Assembly: GCA_040285745.1 (NCBI GenBank)
Contig: JAUFOR010000008.1
Span: forward strand, 620,001-684,000
DNA from: Barthelona sp. PCE
Lineage: Eukaryota
Direction: 5' to 3'
Length of the DNA stretch: 64,000 nt
Made by a program: the position numbers and the translations under genes. Position 1 is the stretch's first letter, and every line of letters begins with the position of its first letter. Below the pieces are notes generated by a model. That model was not told where the DNA came from. It was given only the letters and a program-made list of their open reading frames with translations, and made no database searches. Positions 8,874 to 18,559 of the stretch are shown piece after piece.

Positions 8874-11096
8874 CTACACCGTTCTGATGCCTCTGATTTC
8901 TTCAATAGCCTTCTTAATATGTTCGTCAATGGAGTTTGCACGATATGTCTTGGCGTCTTCGTCCAGGGTACTCTTAAATACCAGAACACTAGCCTGCCTG
9001 ATGTCCTCATCCTCTACAACCTCCGACAGTCGCAATCTGGCATGCGCAATGGAAAGACGAATCATCGCCATAAGGTTTCTTGGGGTGGCTCTACACATCT
9101 CTCTCATATCTGCGTACAGTTCTTCAATTAAAGGAATCAGGTCTGCACTGAGTACTGGGTTGATCTGTCGTGCCTGGTTAATAAATGCACGTAGTACACT
9201 TGGTGATAGTGATAAACTGGAGTGAACAGAATAATCTTCATTTTCATCTTCCTCGTTTTCAGAGTCCGAGGACTCAATATCCGAGTCCACAGGCTGCATT
9301 CTATTGTCGGATGCCTCATATCCAGCGTGAACAGCAAGGATATGTTTCGCAAGCAGTTCGTCTTTGTTCTGATCGTTTTCGTCTCTGAGACGCCAGATAA
9401 TATCAAAACGTGATAAAATGGCAGTGTCAAGTCCTGTTCTCTGCTCAAGCGTCTTTCCACGTGGAAGAGCATTTGCTGCAGCGAGCACTGCCGCCTTGAC
9501 GTTGACTGTGCACTGAATACCAGCTTTTGCAATGCTCAGCGTACCGCTTTCCATCACTTCGTACATACTGTTCAGATTTTCGATATCTAGCTTCTCAAAT
9601 TCATCAATTGCGAGCAGACCACCATCCGCCAAAACCATAGCACCACCCTCCAGCGTTGCTACGCGTGATCTTGGGTCAATGCGCACTGACGCGGTGAGAC
9701 CGACACCTGTTGACGATTGACCTGTCGTATACACACCACGTGGAGACAGCGCAACCGAACGCTTGATCAGCTGAGATTTTGCGACACCAGGATCACCAAC
9801 AAGAAGTATGTTCAGCTCACCGCGCATTGAAGAGCCAGACCTTGAAACTTCAGGGGACCCAACGAGCTGCAGCAGCAGAGAACGCTTGACGCTGTCCATG
9901 CCAAAGATGTGGGGAGCGATTGAGTCGCTGAGGAGCTTCAGTCGGGGATCGTTACTGAGCGAGGACAGCCCTGAAAGGTGGCCCTTCTCCTCCTCTGACA
10001 TCCGCGTGAAGAGCGTCTCTTGCTTGATCTTGTAAAAACGTTGAGCAAGGAAATGTGTATCAACAACCGGACCACGCTTAAGCGAGACGAAGTTGTTAAC
10101 TGCGCTTGGCAAAAAGACGCCTGCCACGCGCACAAGGTCACCCTGTGCGACATTACGTACCAAATCACCGTAGACTAAGATCTGAAGTAGCTGAGGCGTC
10201 TGTCCTGAAGGAACTGTGTGTGGAAGCTCCTGTAAAATGACCTCCTGAAACGCGACAAAGCGGGAGTTTGTGTGCTTGAACTCGAGAGCGCCACCGCATA
10301 GAGCGTTGGGATCGTTCTGCCTCGTCATTGTACACTTTGATCTGGGCATGTATGTGAACCCACCAATTACTTCAGTGACTTCAGCGTTGCACGTTGAGCA
10401 GTTGTAGACCGCAACCCGAAGGTACGGGGAGACCGGGCCAACACGAACAGCCACGCCCTCAACTGACCTGAGGCATCCAATGGAGTCACTTCTGAGGCGC
10501 CGTACGCTTAACACATCGATTGATGTATCGAAAAACAGACGAGGGATGAGGCAGACGTCATAGCGGCGCATCATCTCAACTGGGATTGGCAACTTCATGT
10601 TTTCTTCATCAATTACCCGACCAGCTTCACGTGCCTGTTGGATTTCGCGCTGTAGACGCTCATTGTGGAAGTCAAGGATATAATCCATGGTGTCTTTGTC
10701 GTGGGCTGGTACTTCTATGTTCAAAATTGAAGGCAGTTCTTCCAGCAGTTCATCCACCACCTCTCCGACTAATTTGCGCGCTAACACAGAATTGGACTCG
10801 AGCCTGTTGGCGACGTCAAGGAACTCTGTATGGGGTACTTCGTCAGGCATGCGGAAATCTTCACCAAAATTGTTTACGTCGACTAAGTCGTCAATATACA
10901 AGAAAAACAGCCTACTCTGTCTAAGGAAAATCTCCCGTAGCATATCTATGTAACGGGAACCATCGCTTCTTGACACGAATTTGAGGAAGAAGTTCTTCAA
11001 AAATGCTGAATCCTTCTGAATGCATAAGAAATCCTCTGCTGTGCGCCCCTCTTGTACTCCTTCGTTGACGCCCGCTCTTGGTTCAGCGGGATTCAT
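8874..11096 (-). CDS. MCM7: DNA replication licensing factor MCM7
   Basis: Zn finger CSTC...C...C, FQEVILQELPHTVPSG, Walker A LVGDPGVAKSQL, Walker B IDEFEKL, arginine finger SRFD, TPRNL. Confidence 0.88.
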   Translation of the reverse strand: MNPAEPRAGVNEGVQEGRTAEDFLCIQKDSAFLKNFFLKFVSRSDGSRYIDMLREIFLRQSRLFFLYIDDLVDVNNFGEDFRMPDEVPHTEFLDVANRLESNSVLARKLVGEVVDELLEELPSILNIEVPAHDKDTMDYILDFHNERLQREIQQAREAGRVIDEENMKLPIPVEMMRRYDVCLIPRLFFDTSIDVLSVRRLRSDSIGCLRSVEGVAVRVGPVSPYLRVAVYNCSTCNAEVTEVIGGFTYMPRSKCTMTRQNDPNALCGGALEFKHTNSRFVAFQEVILQELPHTVPSGQTPQLLQILVYGDLVRNVAQGDLVRVAGVFLPSAVNNFVSLKRGPVVDTHFLAQRFYKIKQETLFTRMSEEEKGHLSGLSSLSNDPRLKLLSDSIAPHIFGMDSVKRSLLLQLVGSPEVSRSGSSMRGELNILLVGDPGVAKSQLIKRSVALSPRGVYTTGQSSTGVGLTASVRIDPRSRVATLEGGAMVLADGGLLAIDEFEKLDIENLNSMYEVMESGTLSIAKAGIQCTVNVKAAVLAAANALPRGKTLEQRTGLDTAILSRFDIIWRLRDENDQNKDELLAKHILAVHAGYEASDNRMQPVDSDIESSDSENEEDENEDYSVHSSLSLSPSVLRAFINQARQINPVLSADLIPLIEELYADMREMCRATPRNLMAMIRLSIAHARLRLSEVVEDEDIRQASVLVFKSTLDEDAKTYRANSIDEHIKKAIEEIRGIRTV

Positions 11097-11310
11097 CGTT
11101 TGATTGTGTGATATGGAAAGTATAAGTGGAAACAGGATTTTTGTTGTCTGTAATTGATTTAGTGGTCTCTATTTAATAGTTATGTCCTTATTTGCTGAAA
11201 ATATTTAGCTTAAAGGACGCTTTGAATTGCCGGTGGCAATGAAGTATTTTCTTTTTACTTTATTGCTTATTTTGCAAATAAATCACGTTTATTCGTCCAC
11301 AATAAGGAGA

Positions 11311-11348
11311 TGAATTATCATATTTTAGCTGAATTATCATATTGTAGT
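11311..11348. repeat. 19-bp direct tandem duplication in the MCM7/PA2G4 divergent promoter region
   Basis: TGAATTATCATATTTTAGC followed by TGAATTATCATATTGTAGT. Confidence 0.7.
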
Positions 11349-11534
11349 CCATTCACAAATCAGCCTGATAATTTTGAATTCACTCACCTATTGATGGCTT
11401 TTTTTGAGGACAATAATGCTCCGGGAGGTAGATACAGTAATTACCAATTGGTTACAGAGGTTGCTTAAGAAGCAATCTTCTAAAACTATATCTCCCCCTT
11501 ATCCCTTTTGGATTCGCATTGCAACTAGTTTAAT

Positions 11535-12733
11535 ATGTCTGAGGAATACGATAACTACGACGAGAACGAATACGAAGAAGATTACGAAGAAGAAGAGGAA
11601 CGCACAATCGAGGCTCCCGAGGTTGTGACCCAATTCCGTATGGCCAGTGAGATCTCTGACGGTATGAATACATAAAAAGGGCTCAAAAACACTCACATTT
11701 AGCTGCTTTGGCTTTTGCCGCTTCCAAGTGTATCCCTGGTGCTATTATTGCTGAGGTTTGTGCTGAGGTCGATAACTTTGTCGAGGAAGAGTCTTCAAAG
11801 TTCTACAAGCGCAATCCCGATATTCTTAAAGGTATTTGCATCCCTACTTGTATCTCTGTTAACAACGAGTCTCAATACAACTCCCCTTCCATCAACAACA
11901 GTGATGCAGTCCTCGCTGAAGGTGATATGGCTAAGATTGAAGTTGGTATTCACATTGATGGTGAGCCCGTTTGTGCTGCTTTCACTGTCGTAATTGGCCA
12001 GGAAGAGGTCACCGGCCGTAAGGCTGACGTCATGGCCGCTGTCTGTAAGGCTGGTGAAGCTGTCTACAAGATGCTCCGTCCTGGTGTTCAGGCTCACGAG
12101 ATCTCCCGAATTGTCGGAGAGGTTGCCGCTGAGTTCGACTGTCGCCCCGTTCAGGGTACTATGTCCCATCAGGTTGGTTACTACATCCTCAAGGGTGCTA
12201 ACTGTATTCCCAACCGTCAGGAAGCCGATGTCAAGTACGAGAACTTCACCGTCGAAGAGAACACTGTTTTCAACATTAACATTCTCATGTCTACTGGTAA
12301 CGGTATTCTTCACAACGGTGGTGAGCGTCCCAGCATCTTTAAGCGTGATTTCGATTACAACGATTCCCTCCGTACTCGTTCTGCCCGTCAACTCCGTGAT
12401 GAGGTTGAGGCTAACTCTTTCAACTTTATGTTCTCCCTTCGTCAATATCCCGGCTCACATGGTCTTCTTGGTATTAAGGAACTCACTGAGACTTATCATG
12501 TTCAGGCTTTCCCTGTACTTCTCGAGAAGAAGAACGAGTTCATTGCCCAGTATTCTATTACCGTCTTTGTTTTCCCTAACCACAACCAGAACATCAGCAA
12601 GCTTCCCGCTATGCAGATGATTAACTCAGAGAAGCAAATTTTGAGTGAAGAGATCAACGAGATTCTCAACAAGAGTGTCGAGAAGAAGAAGAGGAAGAAG
12701 AGAAAGAAGAAGAAGAAGCCTGCTGAGGAGTAA
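11535..12733 (+). CDS. PA2G4: PA2G4/Ebp1 (M24 fold, non-peptidase); join(11535..11661,11703..12733)
   Basis: KGICIPTCISVNN, KIEVGIHIDG, VTGRKADV, GTMSHQ, Lys-rich C-terminus; spliced acidic N-terminus MSEEYDNY...EVVTQFRMASEISD. Confidence 0.9.
11662..11702 (+). other. Spliceosomal intron, 41 nt, phase 1
   Basis: GTATGA...ACTCACATTTAG; contains an in-frame stop and its removal restores the frame. Confidence 0.9.
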
Positions 12734-12768
12734 AATTTATTGATATTGCTTTTTTGTACTTTATTTCA

Positions 12769-13422
12769 ATGATTTTTGAAGAGGCCTTGGAATTTTGCGG
12801 AAAGATTGCTTTTGTTAAGCATAATGAGGGAAATGAAACTATACTAACCAAAGTATTTAAGAATGATGATGAAGTTTTCGCCATTTTCATTGAAGATGGT
12901 ACGGTGTACATGCTAAATATGGAATACGATGAGTTGACCACAGCATTTGTTAAGCGGAATCCGCTCATTACGAGTATTTCTCATAAACGAGTATTGTCAG
13001 CTTTTTTTCGTGCGTTGAACAACCCTGATGAGCTAATTATAATTGAAGAGGGGAAAACCGTCACTATAACACTTCAATTTGGTAAACTAAGACATAAAGG
13101 CAGGTTAGTTTTACCCTTGGAAAGAGCACCTCAAAATGCCTTTAATGAGATATTCTTTACTCCACTTATGGATTACATGTTCGAAAAAGGAACGTTAGAT
13201 GACTTTTTAGATCATCAAAAAGATGTGAGTCTAGAATTAGAAATGACTGAGGACTTAGAACAATCTTTAAATAGCGCAGATCCGGAGCAAACCCAGTCAA
13301 TTCAACAGTCTCTATTGTATTTAAGCGAAAATTCCATAGAAATAACAGACGAATCACAAAATATGAATACATATACTACTACAATAGTTACACGAAAGAA
13401 AAAGAGGAAGCGCAGGCTCTAG
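12769..13422 (+). CDS. Possible XLF/NHEJ1-like (XRCC4 superfamily head domain) protein
   Basis: Beta-rich head with IFIEDGTVY...KRNPLI and LERAPQNAFNEIFFTPLM, acidic linker, C-terminal RKKKRKRRL; ATG at 12769 chosen. Confidence 0.45.
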   Translation: MIFEEALEFCGKIAFVKHNEGNETILTKVFKNDDEVFAIFIEDGTVYMLNMEYDELTTAFVKRNPLITSISHKRVLSAFFRALNNPDELIIIEEGKTVTITLQFGKLRHKGRLVLPLERAPQNAFNEIFFTPLMDYMFEKGTLDDFLDHQKDVSLELEMTEDLEQSLNSADPEQTQSIQQSLLYLSENSIEITDESQNMNTYTTTIVTRKKKRKRRL

Positions 13423-13925
13423 GTTGAATATCTCCTATTGCCCTTATTGTTTCTAATTCGTTTTTTTGTTATAGGATCCGAACTCCTAATTTTTCTTTTC
13501 GGAATTTTGTGTTTTTTTCTCATTGTTTCACTTGTTTCAATGCTGGATTCAGCGTTGAAAAAGTCCTTAGCAACGGGTTTCCTTACTACACGTTGAGAAA
13601 CATTCTTATGTGGAATGCGCTTCCGACTCGTCCCCTTTGCGCTCATTACCCTTAGGGAACTGTGAGATTTGCGCGTTGTCATGTTTGAGTTACGTGCTAT
13701 ATATGACCCAGGTCTAACTTTGTGGTCTTTTCCGTAATATGACGGTATAGTGATGTTACAACCCTGAATGTTCTCTTCAGAGAAATGCTTCTCAGGGGCA
13801 GGCATGAATTCATCAGCCTTTGGATCGCCAGAGTAAACAATTGATTTTATACGTTTGGTTTTTTGAATTGGTATCGAATGCAATTGCAACGAAGATTGGC
13901 GGAGAGGTATATCCGTGGATGACAT
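13419..13925 (-). CDS. Hypothetical basic protein
   Basis: 168-aa K/R-rich ORF filling the gap between neighbours. Confidence 0.6.
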   Translation of the reverse strand: MSSTDIPLRQSSLQLHSIPIQKTKRIKSIVYSGDPKADEFMPAPEKHFSEENIQGCNITIPSYYGKDHKVRPGSYIARNSNMTTRKSHSSLRVMSAKGTSRKRIPHKNVSQRVVRKPVAKDFFNAESSIETSETMRKKHKIPKRKIRSSDPITKKRIRNNKGNRRYST

Positions 13926-14021
13926 GCCCTATTATATCATCTTTGATGAATAAATATGTGAAGGAGTATGGTAAACGAATTGCAAGCCTGGTTTTAACTA
14001 TTCTACTTTTTTGCAAACCAC

Positions 14022-15650
14022 ATGGGAAGAAGATCGAAGAAGAAGAAGATTACAGGCTCTATATGTGTTAAACTTGCTGTAGTATTGTTTGCTATTTTTT
14101 TTATCATCTCTTGGGCTTTAATTGTTCGTGGTATTGATGAGGAACGGAGTAGGATCAACAAGTACATCCGGAACAAGGATGAACCTAGGAATCCTTACAG
14201 TCCCGACCAAGAAAATCCAGATCCAATGTTCCCGCAGCCAGACACGGAGCACCATGTCACAGATCCAGCAACACCCACAGAACCCACGGACCCTGTGACA
14301 CCCACAGAACCCACGAAACCCACGGAACCTGCAGAACCAAATCCGTCTGTTCCCATTTCGGAAAATGACAATGACATTCTTAAGCGATACCCGCACTACC
14401 GTATTCCAGAAGGATCCAATGTCAAGAAGCCAATTCCTCAACCAACTGAAGTCGACCCGGAGAACTGGGACTGGCCCGATGATCACTATTCGTACAACGG
14501 ATATAAGGAGTACAAATCGACAAAGCAGTGTAAGTGCGAGCACGCAGAGGACTTCGATGCGTACTTTGAGCGCAAGAAGTGTATTAAGTTCAAGTCGTTT
14601 GACGAAGACTGGGGCTACTGGAGAACCAAGTATCCAGGTGGTTTCCCACGCCGTCTAGTATGGGAGGGATTCGCCAAGGCCAAGCACATGTCACTCTTCG
14701 TCCAGGTGAAGGACCGTGAAGTATATTATCTGTATCCTCGTAAGTGGGATGGAGAGCAGCACGATTGGTTCTATTGGATTATATACAACCTCATGTCTGT
14801 GCTCCAGGACGCGGTACAGTGCACAAAGGACTTCCCTGATGTTGAATTCCCGTTGAGTATTCTAACCAGGCCAGCATCATTCGAAGACTACCCCATTGTT
14901 GGTTGGCAAAAGAGCATCCACAGCACAGATATTCAGATACCCCACATGTTCATGCCGTACGGGCTTCCCAAGGACACGATGTCCAAGCGACTGAGAGGAC
15001 CTGCATGGGAGAAAAGAGAGGAGAAGATAGTGTTCCGAGGCATTACAACGAGTGAGTTCAGAGCTAAACTTGTGTGTCGCCTGCCGAAGTGGACGGAGCT
15101 GAAGGCTCTCAGTAACATTGGTGTCGTGCAGCGCCCACGTGACTCGCTTGTTTATAACGAATTGAAGAATAACTTCAAGTCTGATGAGCATTATCGCTGC
15201 ATGACCAATCCTCCTCTCGTATCGCGTATGTCAAAGGGTCAGCAGCTCAAGTATAAGTACCAGTTTAACATCAACGGTATCGGTACAACCAATAGACTTT
15301 GGGAGATTTTGAGCAGTGGATCGCTTATATTTCAGCACCACGATCCCAGAGAGCTGCGGGAATTCTGGTATGAGTTTTTGGAACCCGGTAAGCATTATGT
15401 TCAAGTCAAGACAGATTACTCTGATCTAATAGAGAAAATTGAGTGGGCAAAGGCACATGATGACGATGCAAAGGCCATCATGGAGGCAGGCATGCAGATG
15501 TGGCGTGAAGTTCTTCAGCAGAAAGAGGTGTTTTGTCATTTCGGTCGAGTTATGCGCGAGTATGCCGACATGATTAAATATGACATTAAAATTCATCCCA
15601 AGGCTATCAGAGCCGACGTATGGAAGCACTGCCGCCTGATGAAGAAGTAA
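14022..15650 (+). CDS. Glycosyltransferase family 90 (CAP10/POGLUT/KDELC-like), type II membrane protein
   Basis: N-terminal TM, PTEP stalk, FPDVEF, WEKREEKIVFRG, YKYQFNINGIG, EFWYEFLEPGKHYVQV, DLIEKIEWAKAHDD. Confidence 0.9.
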   Translation: MGRRSKKKKITGSICVKLAVVLFAIFFIISWALIVRGIDEERSRINKYIRNKDEPRNPYSPDQENPDPMFPQPDTEHHVTDPATPTEPTDPVTPTEPTKPTEPAEPNPSVPISENDNDILKRYPHYRIPEGSNVKKPIPQPTEVDPENWDWPDDHYSYNGYKEYKSTKQCKCEHAEDFDAYFERKKCIKFKSFDEDWGYWRTKYPGGFPRRLVWEGFAKAKHMSLFVQVKDREVYYLYPRKWDGEQHDWFYWIIYNLMSVLQDAVQCTKDFPDVEFPLSILTRPASFEDYPIVGWQKSIHSTDIQIPHMFMPYGLPKDTMSKRLRGPAWEKREEKIVFRGITTSEFRAKLVCRLPKWTELKALSNIGVVQRPRDSLVYNELKNNFKSDEHYRCMTNPPLVSRMSKGQQLKYKYQFNINGIGTTNRLWEILSSGSLIFQHHDPRELREFWYEFLEPGKHYVQVKTDYSDLIEKIEWAKAHDDDAKAIMEAGMQMWREVLQQKEVFCHFGRVMREYADMIKYDIKIHPKAIRADVWKHCRLMKK

Positions 15651-15669
15651 ATAGTTTTATTGAGAGATA

Positions 15670-16395
15670 TTAGTGACTGATTGGTACGCTGCTGACCGAT
15701 CCAGTACCTCTTGGCGTAAGGCCTGTTGTGAACGAGAAGCGCTTGCGGATCCCGTCATATCCCGATAGTGGAGGGAAAGCCGGTGTGCTTATTCGTTGAT
15801 TTTTAGAAGGTGGCGTTGAGATACTTCTTTTCTTTGAACTCAGCGCATTGAAATTGAATGCATTCATACCGGTGGAGAGCGGAACACTGCCGACGGGAAT
15901 GGATCCTGTGTTGAAATTGAAGTTCATACTCGGTTGCATGTGTGATTGTGCACTGTGTTGATTAGCAATACTTTGTTGCGCTCTTTGTCGTTCATTCTTG
16001 AGCGTATTCTGCAGCCTATGTACCTTTTCATCAAGTACCTGATTCTTTTCCTGAAGAATTCTGTTTGCATTTTGCAGGTCTTCCATTTGCTTGTTTCTGA
16101 TTGCAGGACCTCGCTCCACATGTGTTTTAAGATGATTTGACTGAAATTCTACGACCTTAGTCAGCATACGGAGTAATATTGATGGAGATTGCCAGTATTG
16201 CTTGATGTCAGAACCAATCTGGCGTGAATTGGGATCAAAAGGAATAACTGAACATGTATTATTGTCGATAGGGCACTTATATGGCTCCCCAATCCTTCCT
16301 GTAAAGCATCTCACACAAATAAAATGTCCACAGCTCGTAAAAACTCCATTTGTTTCCATTTTCACCTGGCATTTGTTACAATAGAACGCTTGCAT
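15670..16395 (-). CDS. RNF212: RNF212/Zip3-like meiotic RING E3 ligase
   Basis: N-terminal CNKC...TSCGHFICVRC...CPID..C, then VVEFQ, a coiled coil and an S/T/P-rich tail. Confidence 0.7.
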   Translation of the reverse strand: MQAFYCNKCQVKMETNGVFTSCGHFICVRCFTGRIGEPYKCPIDNNTCSVIPFDPNSRQIGSDIKQYWQSPSILLRMLTKVVEFQSNHLKTHVERGPAIRNKQMEDLQNANRILQEKNQVLDEKVHRLQNTLKNERQRAQQSIANQHSAQSHMQPSMNFNFNTGSIPVGSVPLSTGMNAFNFNALSSKKRSISTPPSKNQRISTPAFPPLSGYDGIRKRFSFTTGLTPRGTGSVSSVPISH

Positions 16396-16563
16396 GTGAT
16401 TGAGATAAAGAAAAGGGATAAATAAACAAGAACACTTTGAAGGCAGGTATTCAATTTACCGCTCTTAACACATCACATATCATCCAAATATACATATTTA
16501 GCTTCAACTGTACCTCAAAATTGAGCCTAAATAAAAGAAAAATGTAAAAAAACTGAACACTAT

Positions 16564-18343
16564 TTACAAGGGAAGTAAATGACTGTAGAAGAAGTTGAAA
16601 TTTTCCTTGTGATCGATCTTAAATGAATTCTCGCAATTAAAGAAATATATTGATCCAGTATATACATTACTGGCCTTTTCTGTGCTATCTTCACGCTTAA
16701 AGAATGTTCTGAACTCTGAATTGAACGCCCACTCGCGCTTCTTTAGCTCCTTTATCACCCTATGCTGTGAATACCCAGTTTCAGTGAAGCTCCTAAACAG
16801 GAGACTTTCGGTTTTTGCGGTACGGATGCCCTTACTATCAATAACACTAACGCTTGACGTGGGGAAGCAATCTGGCACCGGAGCTGGGTTTGAGGGTGTG
16901 TGGAAAAGCAGTGACACTTCATCAGATATACTTAGCTTATGTTGCTTTGCTTGTGATAGAACACCAAGCACTTCTTCGCGTTTGCTGCTGTGATCAACTT
17001 TTTTACGTTGAATTGTGGGGGTCTTCAGCTTGGCGAGATGCTTGGCCAGCGTACTGCTCTCATTAAAGTTGGTTTTTGGAGTAGTGATCTGTTCGGCCAG
17101 ACTGGGGGTAGAACTTGAAGCAATTGAAGAAGATGAAGTGTGTGACGTGTTGCTCATTGTGCTCATACTGCGCTGTCTTGTGATTGGCTCATCAGGAATA
17201 ACAGGAACAATGGGAGGCTTCTTCTGCTCCTTTTTGGGAGCTAGTTCTTCCTTCTTCTCATCATCATCTCTTCTATCCTTTTTAGGCGCAGGTTCCTTCT
17301 TATGAACTTCAATTTTGGGCTCAGGAACCTCTTCCTCTCGGACTGGTTCCTTGCTTCCCCTCTTTGCTGACATCAATCTTTTTGATTGGAAGCGTTCCAA
17401 TTCCAAAGGGTCGTAAATACCATCGTCCTCAATGAAATCAAAGTCCGGCTCAGCATTTTCCTCCATAAAAATCGCCAGCTTCTCCTGGATAGTTTCCATA
17501 ATGAACTCAGACTCCAATTCGTCATTCTGCTGAACTCGCATGATTAACTCGAGCATGTCAATGTGTCGTGTGTGCCTGTCAATGCGCTCCTCCAACAATA
17601 ACTTCTCCATAGAAAGTTCACTGGGCATTTCCACCTCAGCCGTTTGATGGTGTCTCCGACGCTTGCTCTTCTTGCGCCTCTTTGCTGGTTTCTTGGAGTA
17701 TTTTGACACAAGGGCATCGAGATCGATCCTAAGCTGGTCTCTTAACCTTTCCAACTCATCACGGAGTTCTGTTAGCCATTCAAAGCATTCCTGCTTCTTC
17801 TCTTCTTGTTCACTCAACTTCTTGGAATGAAGGCTACGTGAACGGGACTTGTTCTTTGCCTTGAGCCCTCTCTCCAGTGATTTGAATGCTTCCATTCGTT
17901 CTTCAACAGTTCTTCTGGCCTCGAGCAATCGATCCTTTTCTCTCATGTTGGATCCCGATGATGCCCATCGTTTCACAAGATCCCTCAGCTTCTGTAACTT
18001 CCTGAGCTGTAGCTTCATCTCGTTCTGGAATTTATCCTCTTGTTGTTGTGTTTCAGACATATCGAATAATTCGTATGCCTCATCGAAGAGAACAATGTGT
18101 TCGGATATGGACTTAAATGTCTTCTCCATCTCATCTAAATATTAGTTACGTTTTTTTTGTTAATGTGAAAATTTCACTAAATGCACAAAAAGGTTTTGTT
18201 ACGGTTTAAATGACCGCAACACCCGATTCGAAACACATTGTAGAAAGAGCAATGTGATAAACCCGGAAAAATACATCATGCAAAAAATAAAAAAGTAAAA
18301 CACATTGATAAGTCATACTGCGTAGTTTTCGTGCCTGTGACAT
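16564..18343 (-). CDS. NOT3: CCR4-NOT subunit NOT3/NOT5; join(18319..18343,16564..18134)
   Basis: Spliced start MSQARKLRNEMEKTFK, KLQKLRDLVKRW, LLEARRTVEERMEAFK, C-terminal NOT box (KELKKREWAF). Confidence 0.9.
18135..18318 (-). other. Spliceosomal intron, 184 nt, phase 1, after a 25-nt first coding exon
   Basis: GTATGA...ACTAATATTTAG; restores the conserved RKL N-terminal motif of NOT3. Confidence 0.9.
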
Positions 18344-18559
18344 ATATTTTGATAGTTTTCACGCTCTACTGTCTGAATAAAAATTGTGTAAAAAGCAATA
18401 TACGTGATTACGCAATGTTTTGATTATTTCGTTGCTGTTGCAACTTCGGCTATTTTGTAACTTATAACAGTGGGTTTCGGAGCGTAACATCCCATAGGAC
18501 GGTATACAATTGGTATTTTTACTGAAAAGAAATTGTTATTATCTTTCAACGCTGTATTC

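Noticed and set aside
11795-12445. 216-aa antisense ORF over PA2G4 (similar ones at 3179-3673, 21164-21685, 39415-39882, 58090-58779)
   Set aside because: Shadow ORFs produced by codon bias or low complexity of the real gene on the opposite strand; no independent motifs.
14258-14345. PTEP/PTDP coding repeats in the GT90 stalk (also PEPE tracts near 28700 and 58570-58700)
   Set aside because: Ordinary low-complexity linkers, not mobile or CRISPR-like repeats.
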